Source of the DNA: Octopus vulgaris
Taxonomy: Eukaryota
Reading direction: 5' to 3'
DNA: 64,000 bases
NCBI GenBank assembly: GCA_951406725.2
Contig: OX597816.1
Coordinates: 106,206,001 to 106,270,000, forward strand
Part shown: piece after piece, positions 51,703-64,000 of the stretch
Layout: the number at the start of each line of letters is the position of its first letter
Position numbering within the stretch: position 1 is the stretch's first letter
The notes under the pieces: generated by a model
Databases searched by the model: none
What the model saw: only the letters and a program-made list of their open reading frames with translations
Told to the model about the DNA's origin: nothing
Translations under genes and position numbers: made by a program

Positions 51703-53944
51703 TTAAATTATACCAGGTAGTGGGACCCTGGTTCAAGACTTCCAAGGTTTTGAGGAGTGTAGAGCTGCCTCTTACCCACTAGTCTTCCAAGGTCTACTCT
51801 AATCCACAGCTGCAATCCTGACAGATGCTACTACTCTGGGGTTAATTAGCATGCTATGGAAGAAACTCTCACTGCCTTGTGAATGTCTTGGGAAAGGAAA
51901 AGGCTAAGAGAATCAACCGTCACAGCAAATCAAAGATGGAGTCTCTCAGGCAATTCAATCCATCTTTGACACCCTTTCAGCAACTTCAAGGTAGGTGGAG
52001 CTCTCCATCCCTGTAAGGCAGTTCACCTTTGAGAAGGCCACTTCAGTGTAAAACCTACAATTTGTTGGTCACTGCAGTTGTCTTAAGCCACTGAACCACT
52101 GAGTTCAGACCCTTAAATCTAAAGAGTAGGATCGGATTGCACACACTGATTTTTACTTTAAAATGCAGGCAGGAAGAAAAGCTCTGCAGCATCAGAAGGT
52201 GTGGCACTCTGCCTCATTATAAGGGTGTGCCACTGTACCTCATGTTTTCAGGCACAAAGAAACTTCCATCATAATGTCCTCTGTTCTTTAAAGTTGGCTT
52301 GTCTTGTGCCTTCTCTACTCAGACACCTCTGACCTACTCATCTCTCTATTTCTCATCATTTTTGTTACATCCAAGAAGGTCATGGACTATTACATCTTTT
52401 CCTTATTCTTTATGTAATGCCCCACCCCCACCCTCACCCTAGGAGTGACTAGACTGGGCACTGCTACTGGTTTACGATATATATGTTTGTAGCTGTGTAA
52501 ACAACATTTCCATATCTGTTCTATCTAGACACATCCTTTGTAAAACCTGTCCATTTTGACATTTTCAATATCTTTTTATAACTATAATCAAAAGTCTTAC
52601 AAAACTCACTTATTTGTTTTCCTTAATTGCTTTTTGAACCCCCTTTTGGTTTCCCTCTTCTGCAGTTCAGTGTAGACCCAACACTCTTTTTTCCCTTTCA
52701 CCTCAATTAAGCCACTGCTTGACATTACTGTGATATGCATTGCATTTTCTTTGTCATCAGCCCTCAAAAGCAACTGACGGGGTTTGTGCGTGCATGAACA
52801 AACTGACACATTTGGAGACTTTTAGTAGTGCATTCAACCTACAGTGATACTTAAGGCACGTTTTAACCACCCTGCACAAAATGGTGATGGTGATGCAATT
52901 GTTGTTTAACACCAGGTCAGCCCTATTTGTGTAAGCCTTTGATCAAAAATATTTCAGCCATTGATAACTTTTTTCTTTTTTTCTTTTTTTACAAGAATAC
53001 AATGCACCTGACATGCAAATGTGCTCTGCTAGAAATATCAGCTAAATCCACCTCTAATGACATTGTATTAAATTTAAAAGCAAAAAAATAGAGAAGGGTG
53101 TGTTGGTTAATGTAACTCCAGGTAAAAAATGTGATGGCCATGACTAGAATTGACATTAGGATAAATAACAATAGCAGCTAGCAATTAGAGCAAACAGAGG
53201 GGCTTCTCTGTGTGGCTGCTCAATTGGCTGGAAATAGCAGCCAAATCTCCTTCAAGTTACACCCTTACAGTTGTGTTAAATAGTGGTGGTGTAAAATAGG
53301 AATTGGGATAATAGACAGGCTTTAAAAAATTGCCTGGAGTAAAAGGAAGTGGCAAGAAAATTATATCTAGAAACTATGTAGAAAAGTAAATGACAGGTTT
53401 GCACTGCCAGTGGGGAAGAAGTGGTTGGGAAATAGGAAATAGGTGGACAGAGTTGTGAAATATTGTCAGAAAAAGAAAAGTAAAAATATAAACAAGGAAA
53501 GCCAAGATGTCACTGGGGAGAAGTATATCTAGAGTGACATTGTGGGAATATTTGAATGCAGGCAGGCCAATGTTCAGTGGTGAAGTTGTTTTTCTTTGAG
53601 AGGTAAATAGACTGTTAGACATTGTTTAGTGTGACCCTGTGGGAGTAAGTATGGATTGGGTTGGGGAAACACTGGGATGGGTGTAGCAAATAGGCTATAA
53701 TAGAGGAAAGAAGAGGAGGCCAGTGATTGCATCAGAGAAATGGCCATTGTAGTAATAGTGGTGGTGTTGGTGGTGGTAGTGGTAATGTTGTCATCATTCA
53801 TCATCATCACGTGTTTTGAAAGTATTATATTTCTGAAAATCTTGCTGTAACATGAAACATTTCCCATTCACTTCCATGCTCATTGATTTCCATGTAAAAT
53901 AGAAGTCAATGATGGTGTGTTTATAGTCTTTAAAAATCTTATAC

Positions 53945-55172
53945 CGGGCAAAATGCTTAATGGTATTTCACCCGTCGCTACATTCAGAGTTTGAATACCG
54001 CCTTTCACCCTTTCAGGGTTGACAAATTTAGTACCAGCTACATACTGGGGTCACTATAATCAACTAGCCCTCCTCTCCACACAATTTCAAGCATTGTGCC
54101 TATAGTAGAAAGTATCATTACTATTATTATTATTAATTCCGCTGACGTTGACTTTGTCTTTCTGGGTCAATAAAATAAGTACCAGTTGTGTATGGGGTCA
54201 ATGTAATCAACTATCCCCCTACACCAAAACTTCAGACCTTGTGCCTATAGTAGAAAGGATTATTATTGTCGTTGTTATTATTAAGGCAGTGAGCTGGCAG
54301 AATCATTAGTATGCCAGACAAAATGCTTAGCAACATTTTGTCTGTCTTTACATTCTGAGTTCAAATTCCGCCGAGGTCGACTTTGCCTTTCATCTTTGCA
54401 GGGTTGATAAAATAAGTACCAATTGAGTACTGGGGTCAATATAATCAACTTACTCCCTGCCCTCAAAATTGCTGGCCTTGTGCCAAAATTTGAAGCCATT
54501 TTTAATATTAAGGTGGCATTATTTACATTTGATGGATATTTGTCCTCATCTTGTTTGTTGTTAACACAACGTTTTGGCTGATATACTCTCCAGCCTTCAT
54601 CAGATGTCTTGGGGAAATTTTGAACCTGGGTTGTCATTCCTAAAGTATTTTTCAATGTTGTTATTATTATTATTCAGGTCACTACTTGGAATCAAACTCG
54701 GAATCTTGGGGTTAGTAGCCCACGGGCATGTGGCGTAGTGGTTAAGAGCACGGGCTACTAACCCCAAGATCCCGAGTTTGATTCCAAGCAGTGACCTGAA
54801 TAATAATAATAATAATAATAATAACAACAACATTGAAAAATACCTTAAGAATAAGAACCCAGGTGGCATTTCTTGCAGCTTTATGTTCTGAGTTTAAATT
54901 CTGCCAAGTTTTACTTTGCCTTTCCTTTTTTTTTGAGATCAATAAAATAATGTACCAGTTACTGAGGTTGATGTAATGACCAGCTCCCACTCTAGTAAAA
55001 AAGATTCTTATTATTATTATTTGTCCGTTCTCACTGAGTTCAAATTCTGTCAAGGTCAACTTTGCCTTTCATCCTTTTGGTGTCAATGAAAAAAGTACAA
55101 GTTATGTACTGGGGTTGATATAATAGACTAGCTCCTGTCCCAAAATTTCAGGCCTTGTCCTTATAGTAGAAA
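53945..55172 (+). repeat. Second head-to-tail cluster of about 5 copies of the ~200-bp SINE, interrupted at 54521-54860
   Basis: Same unit as 40340-41668. Confidence 0.85.
54521..54860. mobile_element. tRNA-Arg-like SINE with hammerhead-like tail, inserted as an inverted duplication
   Basis: AGGTGGCATT at 54511-54520 and 54861-54870; tRNA-like head 54724-54796(+); inverted arms 54624-54724 and 54749-54864; minus-strand CTGATGA..stem..AAAAC GTT at 54563-54608. Confidence 0.78.
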
Positions 55173-56530
55173 TCATCATCATCGTCATCGTCATCGTCAT
55201 CATTATCATCATCATCATCATCCTCCTCCTCATCCTCCTCCTCCTCCTTTTAACTCAGGTTCTCTGAATAAGGGTTGTTTAAGGATGTTGAATGAAACAT
55301 CCACTTTCCCAGAGATGAATTATTCAAACCCCAAAGAATCCCTCTCAACACATGGCTATGATGCTCCCCCACTACTTCTGCTCATGATCAGAGATACACA
55401 TATCATCAACCACCAAGGGACATGCTCAACTGGTTATGGTCAGACAACTGACATGCAAATCTGTGGTATTGAGCAGAATATTTGATGTAGCCCATCTTTA
55501 TACCAAGTCAAAATATGTACATGATAACACTTCCAATCAGTTAAGATCAAAAGCCATGAGAGCCAGTGCCTGGTACTGCATCAGTGTTTTTATTATTATT
55601 ATTATTAGTTTGAGAAACCCATCAAGAGTTAAGAAAATGTTCAAGGTTAAATACTCTGTGAAAATACCCTAACAATATTTACAGATTTCCTATTTTCTGA
55701 AATGTGCTTTGCCTATCCTTGTAGGTTATTTTTAATAGTCACATTTCACATCACTCCAATTGTTCTAATAAGACAGGATAACAGGCACAGTTCTTAACTA
55801 CCATCATGTTCTTTTTAATTCAACAACTAGATTGGCATAATTTCTTAGCATTTCAGCCCTCATCTGCTTGACGTTCCATGTATTCATTTAGTGTTTCCTT
55901 GTTGATAATTAGTGCACTATATTCATGTTTTTTTTTTCAAAGAAAATGTTGTATAATTTATGCATTCTCTAATCATCTTGTCTGTATGCTAAAGTTCACA
56001 AAGTATTTTCACATCATTGTCATTGTCTAAGACTGGTGGAGCTTCAAATGAATAGCACAAATTTTTTTCTTATGGAAGTTGAAATTGGGTTACTAGGTAT
56101 ATTTTGAGTAGAATTACTGTGTTATTGTGTCTCTATATTTTAGAAACAGTGTAGTGTATTGTTTCAGAAAATACACCACCTGACCATGTGGTCTTGAGTT
56201 CAATCCCACTGCACAGCACTTTGGGTAAATATCTTCTACTAAAACCCTGGGCCAGTCAAAGCCTGCAAGTGGAATTTATATCCTTGATGGTAGGATACAA
56301 ATAGTTGACCCTTCAACCAATAAACCAAGACCTTAATCATTTGATTGACTATGGCTTTCATACGGTTCTTTAAATTTAACAAAGTATCTTTTGGAACAAA
56401 TAATTTCCAATTAAAGATAAGCAGTTTGTCTGGGTGAGCACTCAATATTCACTTGAAGCTAATTTTTTTCTTGTCACTTTCTTTATGACCACAAAAGTAG
56501 TCCAGAGTGGCAGTTACCTATAATATTGAC

Positions 56531-56635
<105 letters not shown>

Positions 56636-57543
56636 CAGTTATTTGGTCATCAACCTCATTATTTTATATCTGCTTTCCATGCTGTCATGTCATATATTTT
56701 GTCAAGATCCAACAACTTGTAGTTTCACAACTTACTACAGTATCCTAATTTTGGCATGGTTTGTCTGGCTGTATGCATTTAACTAATGGCACCAACACTA
56801 ATAAGATTGCCTTGTAACATGCTGGAGAAAAGAGCTATCTCAGCTGAAAGGGAGGATAGGAAATAGGGTTGTCGCTTCAAGCGAGATGTTAATGTTAAAG
56901 AATGACAGTAGGGAACAGGAACAGGATTACTGTGGTGGACGAGATTCACAGTAACCCTGTATTTTACATTGGTAGATGGGGGAGGCTGAAGTTGAGCCTA
57001 AAGAAAAGTAAATATGGTAATGATGAGGCGCCAGAATATACTCTCCTGGTAACATGTTGAAGGGAGCATGGAGACTGAAGAATCAGGTCATTTGTAAAGA
57101 TGTCGGAGGAGAGAGATGGATATAAATATAGGGTGGGAATGAACAGAAGTATACAGCGGATGAATATTGTGAATAATGAACAGAAGTAGGGGTACTAAAT
57201 ATGAATGGCTATGTGGTTAAGAAATTTCTTTCGTAATTCTGTAGTCCAATGTTCTACCTCACAGTGTGTCATCTTCGGCATTTTTTCCCCACCTAATCAT
57301 AACCTTGAGCAACTCAAAAACTTATGAATGAAACTGAGTAAATAGAAACTGTATGGAAAGGCATTTGTTGGGCAGTTGATTTAATCTGTCTCCACTAAAA
57401 ATATCCTTGGGTGTTTTTAGCAGAGTCTACTGTGCTGCGAGCATTCAGACCAGGTTTCCAGTTTAAGGACAACTGCCTTTTTTCTTCCCACCATTCTCAA
57501 AGGTTCTACACAATAGTCATGGCCATTCTTCCTCCTTTGACTA

Positions 57544-57793
57544 GTTGCTTCAGTCATTGGACTGTGACAATGCTGGGATACCACCTTGATGGTTTTTAGT
57601 CAAACAGATGGACTCTAGTACCTATTTCTAAGTCTGGTACTTATTCAATAATTTTTCTTTTGCCAAACTGCTAAGTCACAGGGATGTAAACAAACCAACA
57701 TCAGTTGTCAAGTGAAGACAAAGACACACACACACACACACACAAATGTGTGTATATATACACACACGTCTGTGTGTGTGTGCGTGTGTGTGA

Positions 57794-57834
<41 letters not shown>

Positions 57835-57995
57835 TATATAAGACAGGCTTCCACACAGTTTCCATCAATGAAATTCAGCTGCAAAGCATTGGTTGGCCCA
57901 GCACTATAGCAGCAGATGCCTACCCAAGGTGCCAGGTACTGGGACTGAAACTGAAACCATGTGACTGGGAAGTAAACTCCTTACCACACAGCAAC
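57544..57995 (-). mobile_element. tRNA-derived SINE with internal microsatellite and CR1-type tail
   Basis: Reverse complement of the 15841-16225 family. Confidence 0.75.
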
Positions 57996-59399
57996 TCCTT
58001 TGTATCAGTAGTCATTTCATTGAGTATGACGAGATCAAAAGACAGAGGTTAAACCTTGTGGGAATTTTGAGCTGTAAACAGTGAGAAACTGAACCGGACA
58101 CTATGGACCATTCAGTCTGCTTGTCTGTTGTCTTAGTCACATCTCCTGCCCTACCCTGTACACTGGAATATTAATAGATATATCATACAGGTAGATGTTT
58201 TTGCAAGAAATATTTCAGATATTCAGTCTGAGTCATGTTTACAATGAAAAGAAAAGAGAAATCCTTCCAGTTTCCTAATACCTTTTGTTGCGAATTATTT
58301 TTATTTGCAATATATATATTTTTTTTGCTTTTTTTAAATATATGTTTCTTTTCTGTTTTCTTTCAACACCAGATAACTTATTTAATTCTGATGTAAAAAT
58401 AGCTTTTATACCTGGACTTACTGGTTGAGGAAAAGACTCAAAGTTGTTGTTTAACCCAAGGTAGACCCTAGTTGAGCATGTCTATGATCAAAAGCATTCC
58501 ACCCAGGATTACCACCTCCACACCTCTTTTTTCCTACATGCAGCTAACTTAGGACCACATTGTTCATCATGTCCACTTTTTAAAACGGCTAGCTGTGATT
58601 TGATAGGGATTTTGCTGCTATTTCTTGTAGTGGAAGCAACCATGTAGGAACTTGTTGAAATGGCTTTGTTTATATTTATGTTTGTATTGAAAGTGATGGT
58701 CACTGTTCATTTTTGTTTATGAATGTTTGAATTTTTAATTTGTTGTTTTGTTGTTTTTTTTCGTTTTTTTTTAACTGTCTGTTCATGATGTCTGGACACC
58801 TTATAATTTTATGAAGATAGTGTATGTATATCATCTGTATAACATACAAACATTATACATACACACATACACATGCACACACAGGTGTAGATATGTGGTA
58901 AGAAGTTTGTTTCCCAATCACATTCTTCTGAGTTCAATCCCACTGCATGGTACCTTGAGCAAGTGTCTTCAACAAGCCTTGTGAGTGGATTTTGTAGGAA
59001 GAAACTGGAAGAAGCCTGTCATATGAGTGTGTGTGTGTGTAAAAACATTTTATGTTGTTTACTTACTACTCTGATTTTCTCACAAGGAGTGTTTTATCTG
59101 AAGTCTACTATTATGTATGTTACGTTGAATATTTGGAATTCATATGTATTGATGATGTTTATCATTGTCATCATCATATCAGTGCCATCCTTCAGCATGT
59201 GCCTAATTCAATATGGCCCACAGGCAAAGCATCAGTACCACAGAAATATGTTAGAGACTCCAAATGTGTAATATGGAAGACTAGCAATTTGCCCTGCTAA
59301 GAAAAAATGATGGGATACTGATCATAAATTCAAATTACACAGAACAGAGGATAATAGAAAAAACTGCAATAGTGTCCATCCATACCAAGCAAGGAGGCT

Positions 59400-60510
59400 G
59401 AAACAATAGGCCATAGAAAGCCACCCGAATAGTAAAATGGTCTGGAAATATGCACACTTAAAACAGAGACCTCACTCTCTAGTCAGGCTCTCTTCAAAAT
59501 ACCCACACATTTCACATAACTAGTGATGCCAAAGAGTGAATCAGAATTTATTGCCAAATGTTATACTGGAAGTTTTAGTATTGACAATCCAGATGTATCA
59601 TCTTCATTGCTACTAACACCAAATTCCATAACATTTGTTGAATTTACTACTGCAATGCCACCCCAAGCTTATGTGCAACTATACTTCTCCTGGTTTTGAT
59701 GGTATTAATTACTTCTCAAACACAGTGGGCTCTTTTTACTGTACAAGCTTTCACTTCTTTTCTGATTTTGTTTTACTCCAGAAAAGTTGAAAATTGCCAG
59801 TGTTATTCCCCTGTTCAAAAAGCTGAATACACATCACCTGTCAGTTACTGTCCAGTCACTCTCACAAGCTGTACAACTAAATTAATGGAGTTTAATATCA
59901 GAAAGATACTCTGGAGCTTCTGGAACTCTCATAACCTTATCGCCACTTACTATTTGGATCTATCTTTAACTTCAGCTGATGTGACCGATTCATCAAATTT
60001 CTTGAAGATATCACCCAAATCGCAGATGGTGGTTCATAGGTGGACATCATCTATTCTGACTTCACCTTGACCTTTAACTCCCTGCCACACAAGCAACTCA
60101 CAGCTAAACTCTCTATGTACATGAAAGTTAATCTTTATTACTGGTTGAAGTCCTTCATTCTCACTACTAGGATAACATTCTGCACTTTATGCAATGATAT
60201 CTGGTATCTTGCAGGGGTCTCTTCTTGGTTCCTTGTTGCTTACATTAATCTTACAGATGCCAACTTGAAGTATGTTACTGTATTGAAATACACAGACATT
60301 AAGTTGTACCTTGAGATAAAACAAACGACTCTTAAGTGCTATAGATTTTTCCTGAAGGTGACCTGGGCACAATGCATGGCAGAAGGTGTCTTAGCATCAC
60401 TCAGCATGATCTTTGTCAGCCATTCATCAGCTACATATTTTATGCTATATATGGCTATGGTACATACACACTTACAGTTTGTATCTCCAATCTGGAATTC
60501 CTGTCATATC
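59400..60510 (+). mobile_element. Highly degraded CR1-group RT remnant
   Basis: SYCPVTLTSCTTKLME; VDIIYSDF..FNSLPHKQL; SPIWN. Confidence 0.7.
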
Positions 60511-61300
60511 CAGAATGTAAGCACCCTGAGAGAAAAGTTGAATATAAGAAGCATCAGATGTGGTGTGCAAGAGAGATGACTGTGCTGGTATGATCATGTG
60601 TGGCATTTGGATGAGGATAGCTGTGTGAAAAAGTATCACACTCTAGCAGTAGAGGGAACCTGTGGAAGAGGTAGACCCAGGAAGATCTGGGATTAGATGG
60701 TGAAGCACGACCTTTGAACGTTGGGCTCACTGAGGCGGTGACAAGTGATCGAGACATTTGGAGATATGCTGTGCTTGAGAAGACCCAGCATGCCAGTGTA
60801 GCATAACCAGCCCATTTAAAAGTACACTTCAATCATTGGGCAAGAAACAGCACTTGCAAAGACCTGTTGACGTAAGTGAAGTTGTTGTCGTGGCCGATGA
60901 CAGTACCGCCTGACTGGCACCTGTGCCAGTGGCACATAAAAAGTAACATTCGAGCATGGTTGAGGCTAATGTCCCCTGACTGGTCCTATGCTGGCATGCA
61001 TTCGAGCATGCTCGATGCCAGTGCCAGCTGACTGGTCCCATGCTGGTGGCATGTAAAAAGCACCATTCGAGCGTGGTTGTTGCCAGTACCGCCTGACTGG
61101 CTCCCGTGCCAGTGACACATAAAAAGCACCATTCAAACGTGGTTGTTGCCAGTACTGCCTGACTGGCCCTCATGCTAGTGACACCTAAATAGTACCCTCT
61201 ACACTCTCGGAGTGGTTGGCGTTAGGAATGGCATTCAGCTGTAGAAACTTTGCCAGATCGGATTGGAGCCTAGTGCAGCCTTCTGGTTTGCCAGCCCACA
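60510..61300 (+). mobile_element. RTE 3' end with 3' UTR repeat module
   Basis: STLREKLNIRSIRCGVQER..GRPRK; multiple GCCAGT..ACTGGC units. Confidence 0.85.
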
Positions 61301-62241
61301 ACAATGATGTTGAGAAGCCCTTAAATCTGATCTGATTATTTTCAACATAGTATATGTGAAACTGTAAATTTTAATGCATTATATATTACATTTTGTAATT
61401 GTGTATGTGTAATTTTATATATAGACTATAGAGAATAGATTAACATATATTGTTTAGTCACAGATCAGCACTGATCAAGTAGACTTATGATCAAAAGCTT
61501 TTCAATTATGTTTCTACCATTTTTGTTTTTATTTTTAAGCATAGTATATCCAGAAGTACAAAATATATTAGGATGTAGTTCAATGGATGTTTAGCTGCTA
61601 TTTCTTGCAGTTTAAACTATTGTAGCATTGTGACTTTCTTGTTGGCTTGATTAAATGTATTCTGTTTAATTTACATGCACACACTCACACACTTTCTAGA
61701 GGCAAATGTAAGCAGGCAGTCATGTGGTTCCCAATCATGCTCTGAATTTGATATCATTGCATACCACCATGAGCATATTGTCCTCTACCATCACCTTTAG
61801 TTGACTCAAGATTTCACAAAAATTTGGTAGAAAGAAATTACACAGAAACTACATATGTTGTGTGTTGTCAATCAATATAAGAAATATATGATTAGTCTAA
61901 TTACAAACTAGAATTGTTAAAGATTTTGTCTGCCAACTCTATAACCCTGATGATGAGATGTGAAAGCCATGAGCACAGCCACTTCCTCTAAACAAAACCT
62001 TTAATCTCCTGATTGAGCAGACATATGATCAAAGGCATTCTAGCCATGACTATCTCATCTACTTTTACTTTATGTCCATTTCTTTTTTTTTTTTTTCTTT
62101 TTTGTAAAATGTTGAGATATAATTTAACAGAAATTTGGTTGTTATTTCTAGCAGGTTGAGCAACTACAGCATCTCCTCACTGCTTCATAAAATTTCACTT
62201 ATATATACTGGTATGAAACATGCACTAATTCATAGTATCCC

Positions 62242-62328
62242 AATGTCTACAAAGGAAACTTATTTGTTTTCAAAATCAGTAAAAATGTCTACAAAGGAAA
62301 CTTATTTGTTTCAAAATCAGTAAAAATG
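62242..62328. repeat. ~43-bp direct tandem duplication
   Basis: AATGTCTACAAAGGAAACTTATTTGTTT(T)CAAAATCAGTAAA twice. Confidence 0.9.
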
Positions 62329-63240
62329 ATAGAAACAGCCTTTGTTTTTGATTTTCCATCAAAATGACTTCATAAGAATTAAATATTAAATTGCATTGAA
62401 TTAAGAAGAGGAATCTTTATCTAGTCACTTGGTCTCCTACAAATTTGCCTTCAAGTTACATTCTACTATCTTAAAATAAGACACATTGAACAATGTAGAT
62501 GTAGGTACTTTATGCCCTGCAAGAAAGGTAGAAGATGGGGTTATGGATCTTTAATTGTTTTATAACTTGAATTAGCTTTCTGGGCAACTCAAACAAGAGA
62601 TATATATGTCTAATCCACTACAGTGATTCTCATCCACTTTATGCCTATGAACCCCTTTGATTACTGTTTTACTTGGATCTACCTTCATAGCTATTCAATG
62701 TTTTAAAAAATCCTATATTTGTATACTTAAATGTTATAATGAATTGTATACAAAAAGTTGTTAATATATTTTGTGTATTGTAGAAGTACAAACAATTTAT
62801 TGTGCATAAATTTTACCAAACAAAATCTTATATGTGCCATGGTTAAGAACCACTGAACTACATTATAGCCCACCGATGTATTGGTAGTTACTGAAATGAA
62901 ACATCTCGTGTTGTTTTTGTGTAGCTCCAGATTAACCCAGACTGAGTTGACCTGTGAGCAAAGGTGTTCCAGTCATAATCAGCCTTTTTTTTATTTTTCT
63001 GACAGTAGAGTTAGTGAGGCGGGTGGGGGGGGGGGGCGTTCATGAAAAGTGTTGTGCCATTGATAAGATAGTAAATTGCTAATATTTATCAGTGTTAGAA
63101 GGATGAAAACTTGCAAATTTTGTTATGATTTTAATGCAAAATCAGTTTTATTTAGACCACATATTGTGACTGGATGAATGCAAATCTTTTTGTTAAATAA
63201 TAAATGTTTATTGGACTAAAATGCATTGTATTAAATTGTT

Positions 63241-63308
63241 TCCTTAAAGCTGTATTTTATCTTTCAAACCAACATCCTTAAAGCTGTATTTTATCTTTCA
63301 AACCAATA
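63241..63308. repeat. ~34-bp direct tandem duplication
   Basis: TCCTTAAAGCTGTATTTTATCTTTCAAACCAA twice. Confidence 0.9.
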
Positions 63309-63529
63309 TTTATATATTAAGAAATATCACCAGTCTTTTAAGTGAGCTATTATTTACTTCCCAAAATTTCCAAATTCAACCTCTATCAAACTTCCTTATT
63401 GTAAATTCAATGCTTCTATCAAACTTCTTTATTTGGGAAAGAGATCTACAAGATTTAACTCTTTTGATACCAACTTATTTGAGATTGTCTGAGATTTTGA
63501 CACAAAATTGCCCATCTTAGTGCTATTAT

Positions 63530-63995
63530 TCAGCCATATTCCTACTGCTCTATGTCACGCTGGTGAGACCCATATTGGAGTATGGGATTCAAGCCTCTTC
63601 TCCTTATTTCCTCAAAGACATACATCATCTCGAAAGAGTCCAGAAGCTGGCTACCCGCATGGTTCTTGGTCTCAGAAGAAAGGCTGAAGACCCTTGACCT
63701 TTATTCTCTAGAAAAACGACGATGCCGTGGTGATCTCATTCTCGCTCACAACATCATAAGCAGAAAGTGTAACCTCTCGAAAGAGCTGTTCTTCACTCCT
63801 GCTCCAGAGCATGGGCTGCGGGGTCACTCTGAAAAGCTCTATCTACGACGATTTCATCTCAATCGAAGGGGAGGGGCTTTCTCCGTCCAGGTTGCGGATC
63901 CGTGGAATATGCTGCTGGACGAGATAGTGAAGATGCCAACAACCGCTCGGTTCAAAGTCTCTCTTGACCAGAAATGGCCTGAACTCTTTGTATGA
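63530..63995 (+). mobile_element. CR1-group LINE 3' fragment
   Basis: LEYG..LERVQKLATRMV / EERLKTLDLYSLEKRRCRGDLI..LRGHSEKL..FSVQV..PWN.L. Confidence 0.88.
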
Positions 63996-64000
63996 CCACC

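Noticed and set aside
51710-52130. Possible LINE 5' UTR remnant
   Set aside because: Resemblance is only from memory, it is single copy in the window and no linked ORF is present
54724-54796. Functional tRNA gene
   Set aside because: Acceptor stem pairs poorly, the B box is mutated (GTTTGATTCC) and the sequence is part of a TSD-flanked insertion

Overview
AT-rich, repeat-dense animal genomic DNA; the repeat content suggests an octopod cephalopod (inference, not verified). The only well-supported gene is the 3' part of URB1/NPA1 (nucleolar pre-ribosomal-associated protein 1): 14 plus-strand GT-AG exons from 7093 to 33065 that join in frame into about 896 C-terminal residues. The rest is mostly mobile DNA. 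This includes a near-intact CR1-group LINE on the minus strand (291-3970; CCCH zinc-finger ORF1, uninterrupted APE+RT ORF2), many RTE, RTE-X, CR1 and R4/Dong fragments, several tRNA-derived SINE families, piggyBac, hAT, Helitron and Tigger remnants, a foldback element and long microsatellites. Most notable: (i) a tRNA-Arg-like SINE joined to a Penelope-type minimal hammerhead motif, inserted as an inverted duplication with a 10-bp TSD (54511-54870), plus a second hammerhead-like motif with a variant core (27710-27751); (ii) the LINE shares its 3' tail with a SINE family in the same window, and its ORF2 has no upstream AUG but overlaps ORF1 in the -1 frame across a slippery heptamer; (iii) a twin-priming-type 5' inversion in an RTE-X LINE. 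All calls were made by eye, family names are from recalled motifs, and repeat boundaries are approximate.
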